From assembly GCA_032654565.1 (NCBI GenBank), contig JAULAX010000017.1, positions 1 to 64,000 of the forward strand: DNA of 64,000 nucleotides. The letters are read 5' to 3'. The notes under the pieces were generated by a model. It was not told the origin of the DNA, made no database searches, and saw only the letters and a program-made list of their open reading frames with translations. The translations under genes were made by a program, and so were the position numbers. Source of the stretch: Anaeromyxobacteraceae bacterium (GTDB lineage: Bacteria; Myxococcota; Myxococcia; Myxococcales; Anaeromyxobacteraceae). Position 1 is the stretch's first letter. Every line of letters starts with the position of its first letter. Positions 63,720-64,000 of this stretch are shown piece by piece.

Positions 63720-64000
63720 ATGCTCAAGTGTCCTGGCTGTGGCGAGGAGAACCCACCCAAATTCAGGTTGTGCGGATACTGCGGCACCGCGCTGGTGCCG
63801 GCGAGCGCCCCGCTGCCCACACGCGAGGTGCGCAAGACCGTCACCATCGTCTTTTCCGACCTGAAGGGCTCGACGGCGCTGGGCGAGGTGCTGGACCCGG
63901 AGGCGCTGCACGAGGTGAAGGAGCGCTACTTCGGCGCCATGGCCGCCGAGATCACGCGCCACGGCGGCAAGATCGAAAAGTACATCGGCGACGCCATCAT
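63720..64000 (+). CDS. Class III adenylate/guanylate cyclase with N-terminal double zinc ribbon (runs off the window; absent from the ORF track)
   Basis: Manual translation: MLKCPGCGEENPPKFRLCGYCG...RKTVTIVFSDLKGSTALGE.LDPE...HGGKIEKYIGDAI. Confidence 0.9.
   Translation, partial: MLKCPGCGEENPPKFRLCGYCGTALVPASAPLPTREVRKTVTIVFSDLKGSTALGEVLDPEALHEVKERYFGAMAAEITRHGGKIEKYIGDAI

Overview
This is a high-GC (roughly 70% by eye) chromosomal window, most consistent with a Burkholderiales betaproteobacterium (Rubrivivax/Ideonella/Piscinibacter-like; inference). It opens inside the left inverted repeat of an IS1182-family element whose transposase carries two compensating 1-bp indels. Housekeeping genes include murB, yajQ, ppnP, an RsuA-family synthase, ribF-ileS-lspA, qor and psd. 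Accessory modules are: a PQQ alcohol dehydrogenase with the lanthanide-type D-x-D motif, plus a cytochrome c and an AAA+-less GAF-Fis regulator; a LacI-xylB-xylA-xylF-xylH-xylG xylose operon that runs without a break into a secreted FG-GAP/ASPIC-UnbV (CRTAC1-like) protein, a secreted vanadium haloperoxidase-like protein and a long CorA-like protein; yfiRNB c-di-GMP signalling; an anthraniloyl-CoA degradation operon divergent from kynBUA; and a stand-alone Cache protein beside an MCP. Non-coding DNA holds two copies of a ~0.7-0.8 kb nested inverted-repeat element with arm covariation and nested mini-insertions, plus several small REP-like families. I saw no rRNA, tRNA or CRISPR array. The best candidate for an undescribed system is the xylose-operon-linked CRTAC1/haloperoxidase/CorA module; the structured repeat element is second. 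All calls come from reading motifs, with no database searches.
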